DNA of 17,361 nucleotides from a virus (taxonomy: Duplodnaviria > Heunggongvirae > Uroviricota > Caudoviricetes): IMG/VR virus record IMGVR_UViG_2657245015_000002, positions 1-17,361 of that record; one strand, 5' to 3'. The notes beneath the pieces are model-generated. The model ran no database searches, was not told the DNA's origin, and saw only the letters and a program-made list of their open reading frames with translations. Both the position numbers and the translations under genes were made by a program. Of the stretch, positions 15,952 through 17,361 are shown in pieces (position 1 is the first letter of the stretch; each line of letters opens with the position of its first letter).

Positions 15952-16461
15952 TCACAGCAAACCGAATGAAGCACCGAGGCCAGTAACGGTATCAACTGCA
16001 CTCGCCATCGCAGGATTAGCCTGTAAACGGGCCTGCAATGAAACAGCGGCCAGCGCCATCAGCCGTGTTACAGAGTTAATGCTGCTGATAGCATCACGAC
16101 GACCTGCACTGGTTTTTACATCGCCGGATACCGCACCTGCAGCAACACGCCCGATCTCTGCGGTTGCACTCATGACATAATGCGGCAGTTTCTCTTTTGC
16201 CACCTCATTAATCGGTACACATGGCAGGCAGTGAATCTGTGCCAGAAAGCCATCTACCAGCGTTGAATCTTCAGTCAGATCGGTAAGCAACCAGATTTCT
16301 GGTGCGGTTAATAAATGAGGTTGAGCTGGGTTCAGCTTGTTCCGCAGAATCTGTACATTCATGCCTGCACGTTCTGCCAGTTGCACCAGGTTGTGGCGCA
16401 GTGCGAATGCACGACAGGCTTCGTCAAAATGTGGATGTTTGGAAACTTGGTAATCAAACAT
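15952..16461 (-). CDS. cII: Phage regulatory protein CII (186 CII-like transcriptional activator)
   Basis: The start was set at [25 protein letters not shown]...[39 protein letters not shown], which matches my recollection of 186 CII-family proteins; the upstream in-frame extension to 16515 was judged spurious. Confidence 0.7.
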   Translation of the reverse strand: MFDYQVSKHPHFDEACRAFALRHNLVQLAERAGMNVQILRNKLNPAQPHLLTAPEIWLLTDLTEDSTLVDGFLAQIHCLPCVPINEVAKEKLPHYVMSATAEIGRVAAGAVSGDVKTSAGRRDAISSINSVTRLMALAAVSLQARLQANPAMASAVDTVTGLGASFGLL

Positions 16462-16493
16462 AGTCGACACCCCTGATGTATCCCAAAATGGAA

Positions 16494-16715
16494 CTAGTTG
16501 AATACAACATTGCAATCAGTAAGTGCATCAACGGTAAGAGCAGCAAGGTTGATCATTACCTTTTCTCTTTTCTTGTCTTTCCGAAGGCGATGGCGAGGGA
16601 TGCGACCATCAGCCAGCATATCGTTGATGGTGTCGATAGAAAGACCAGTAAGTTCGCTATAACGCTCAATTGTGACATGTGGCGTATTCAGAGTTATTGA
16701 AATGTTAGGGGTCAT
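16494..16715 (-). CDS. apl: Apl/Cox-like excisionase and transcriptional regulator (HTH)
   Basis: The start was set at [42 protein letters not shown]..., preceded by AGGAGA; small HTH protein divergent from cI and first gene of the lytic operon, as for 186 Apl / P2 Cox. Confidence 0.7.
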   Translation of the reverse strand: MTPNISITLNTPHVTIERYSELTGLSIDTINDMLADGRIPRHRLRKDKKREKVMINLAALTVDALTDCNVVFN

Positions 16716-16763
16716 GATGCAACATCTCCTATTGGCTTGTGGTGAGCCTGTAGTAATCGTGAC

Positions 16764-16845
16764 AAGTACCCAAATGGGGACAAAATTGATACTAGGATCG
16801 CAAAAGAGATATGTCAACATCAAAGTACCCAAATGAGATCAAAAT
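16764..16845. promoter_or_regulatory. Lysis-lysogeny switch region with two direct repeats (AAGTACCCAAATGrGrnCAAAAT); candidate Apl/CI binding sites
   Basis: Two 23-nt copies (16764-16786 and 16823-16845) identical at 20/23 positions and 59 bp apart, spanning the apl-cI divergent interval and the first codons of cI. Confidence 0.45.
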
Positions 16846-17290
16846 AAATCCCAATAAAGGTGGTAAGGCTGCGATTGAGCGATTAGTCGAAGCTTATGGC
16901 TTTACGACACGACAGGCTTTAGCTGATCACTTGGAAGTATCAAAAAGCACTCTGGCGAACAGGTATTTGCGGGATACGTTTCCTGCAGACTGGATAATCC
17001 AATGTGCTCTTGAAACAGGAACCTCACTGAAATGGTTAACCACCGGGCAAGGCCTTAAGCAAAGCTCGCTGACAGCAGCTACAGAAGAGCTTGCCAAGTT
17101 TCGCCTTACCGCAGGCAAAATGATTGAAGATGGTTCATATGTCTTCGATTCATCATTTCTTCCTGCAAATCTTTCATCACCAATTGTTATTCAGGATGGG
17201 CTCGTCACATACATTTGTGATCAAAAGTTGTGCTGCCAGCCAGAGTTGAAAATCTCACGCAGGATCTGCATTTCTTCGGCAAACCGCTGA
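16811..17290 (+). CDS. cI: 186-type CI repressor, apparently 3'-truncated (homology seems to end near 17225)
   Basis: The N-terminal HTH region (IERLVEAYGFTTRQALADHLEVSKSTLANRYLRDTFPADWIIQCALETGTSLKWLTTGQG) closely parallels 186 CI as I recall it. After ...LVTYICDQK the frame runs into GC-richer DNA that encodes the C-terminus of a convergent minus-strand ORF, and the product (159 aa) is shorter than 186 CI (about 190 aa). Confidence 0.65.
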   Translation: MSTSKYPNEIKINPNKGGKAAIERLVEAYGFTTRQALADHLEVSKSTLANRYLRDTFPADWIIQCALETGTSLKWLTTGQGLKQSSLTAATEELAKFRLTAGKMIEDGSYVFDSSFLPANLSSPIVIQDGLVTYICDQKLCCQPELKISRRICISSANR

Positions 17291-17361
17291 CGATTGATGC
17301 AGCGAATGGTCACCTTTTTGCGCACCTGATCCATCAGTTTTTTTAGCGCCGGAGAGAAAGT
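17221..17361 (-). CDS. 3' end (last 46 codons plus stop) of an unidentified minus-strand gene running off the window edge
   Basis: Minus-strand frame open from the window end to TGA at 17223-17221 (...KKLMDQVRKKVTIRCINRQRFAEEMQILREIFNSGWQHNF*); composition is GC-richer than the adjacent cI DNA. Below the size cutoff of the ORF track. Confidence 0.4.
   Translation of the reverse strand, partial: TFSPALKKLMDQVRKKVTIRCINRQRFAEEMQILREIFNSGWQHNF

Overview
This window reads as a contiguous segment of a P2/186-like (peduovirus-type) temperate prophage from an enterobacterial host. Every call rests on reading the supplied ORF translations and the DNA by eye; no searches were run. From left to right: (i) late-gene block on the minus strand: tail completion S and R, a lysis cassette (embedded spanins LysC/LysB, SAR-type endolysin K, small holin Y), tail protein X, head completion L, small terminase M, major capsid N, scaffold O; (ii) divergently transcribed large terminase P and portal Q on the plus strand; (iii) a visibly AT-richer cargo region (about 8.3-11.6 kb) around a candidate cos site, carrying a translationally coupled PRTase-like + DprA/Smf-like operon, an orphan signal-peptide protein, and a LexA-box-controlled small ORF + DinI-like pair; (iv) the early operon on the minus strand: replication initiator A, Dam-family methyltransferase, TraR/DksA-like zinc finger, small hypotheticals, CII-like activator, Apl/Cox-like protein; (v) a 186-type CI repressor on the plus strand that appears 3'-truncated at an abrupt junction about 140 bp from the window end, with no integrase visible. 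The strongest candidate for an unusual system is the DprA-like/PRTase pair in the Q-cos slot. No rRNA, tRNA, CRISPR array or transposase was recognised.
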